This document shows positions 39,522-40,000 of a DNA stretch of 40,000 nucleotides, piece after piece. The notes beneath the pieces were generated by a model. The model was not told the DNA's origin, searched no databases, and saw only the letters and a list, made by a program, of their open reading frames with translations. Source of the stretch: an uncultured beta proteobacterium (lineage in GTDB: Bacteria > Pseudomonadota > Gammaproteobacteria > Burkholderiales > Burkholderiaceae_F); contig CAVSMM010000015.1 in NCBI GenBank assembly GCA_963729165.1, positions 184,133 to 224,132 of the forward strand, read 5' to 3'. Both the position numbers and the translations under genes were made by a program. Numbering within the stretch: the first letter of the stretch is position 1; each line of letters begins with the position of its first letter.

Positions 39522-40000
39522 CTGCAGGTCGCGAGCGGCAACTGCAAGGCTTGCAGGACGCCGGTATCGTCTTCGACGAACGCGACCACGCCAGATCGCG
39601 CGCCGCGGTCGCGGGTACTTCAAGAGAAACAGTCCTTGTCCCGAGCGGCAAAGGTCCGGACCACGCGCGCGTAACGCGATCGTTCGCCAGCGTTTCGCCT
39701 CGGTTCTCGCCCGCCGTCACCTTGGTCGAGATTCCGTTTTGCACGAGCGCAACGAACATGCGCGGATTTTTAGCCGAGCCGGGTGTTGCAAGCTCCGCGT
39801 GAGCACGTACGCCCACCTTTCCGCCCTGCGTATCGATGTTGTCGAGCTTTATCGTCGCCACGGCGGGCCGTTGATTGACCGCGCGCAGTTGCGCGTCGAA
39901 CGCGCCCGATGACCAATTGGTTTCCCGTCCCTGAACGAATACACCCGGTGTGTAGCGAGTCCGGCTGCCGTTCAACGCGGCGAGTTGAGTTTGTCGATCG
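39518..40000 (-). pseudogene. DUF1223-family protein, partial (5' end off the window), one -1 frame change
   Basis: The reverse frame is open to base 40000: ...LNGSRTRYTPGVFVQGRETNWSSGAFDAQLRAV...FVALVQNGISTKVTAGENRGETLANDRV. The C-terminus [24 protein letters not shown] is in another frame, with the junction near 39590. Its TAA at 39518-39520 overlaps the convergent ATPase stop. Confidence 0.6.

Overview
This is a high-GC, betaproteobacterial-type chromosome segment (taxon judged from 16S signatures only). Bases 1-8418 carry intact housekeeping genes: an M61 peptidase, an APC permease, an exported SAM-methyltransferase-like protein, a YhdH/AcuI-type reductase, a PAS-GAF-GGDEF-EAL protein and an enoyl-CoA hydratase. 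Bases 8.4-14.3 kb hold a complete rrn operon (16S, tRNA-Ile, tRNA-Ala, 23S, 5S). Its 23S carries insertions at both classical intervening-sequence hot spots, helix 25 and helix 45. A PEP-CTERM protein gene follows the 5S terminator. Next comes a sedentary chromosomal integron. Its minus-strand cassette array spans about 15.65-21.34 kb and has 7 attC sites. The cassettes encode 2 GFA proteins, a VOC protein, a small membrane protein, a SnoaL-like protein, a methyltransferase, a GNAT and several unassignable pieces. The array ends at an attI that resembles attI1, followed by a near-consensus LexA box and a plus-strand intI. The most unusual observation is that intI is followed, 16 bp after its stop and on the same strand, by the SOS mutagenesis cassette imuA-imuB-dnaE2, and I found no second LexA box. 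Recombination and error-prone synthesis may therefore form one SOS-controlled unit. Downstream lie a penicillin-acylase-family gene, a peptide-type ABC transporter cluster (2 paralogous binding proteins, 2 permeases, an embedded M20 amidohydrolase, a small lipoprotein and a fused double ATPase) and a partial DUF1223 gene. A second striking signal is at least 26 single-nucleotide frame disruptions between 16.4 and 39.6 kb. The protein sequence on each side of every break is well conserved, and I saw no in-frame stop inside any conserved segment (the only stops follow directly from the frame changes). The first 8.4 kb, intI-imuA-imuB and two ABC genes are untouched. These breaks are either assembly indel errors or a very unusual decay pattern, and that must be resolved before any functional claim.
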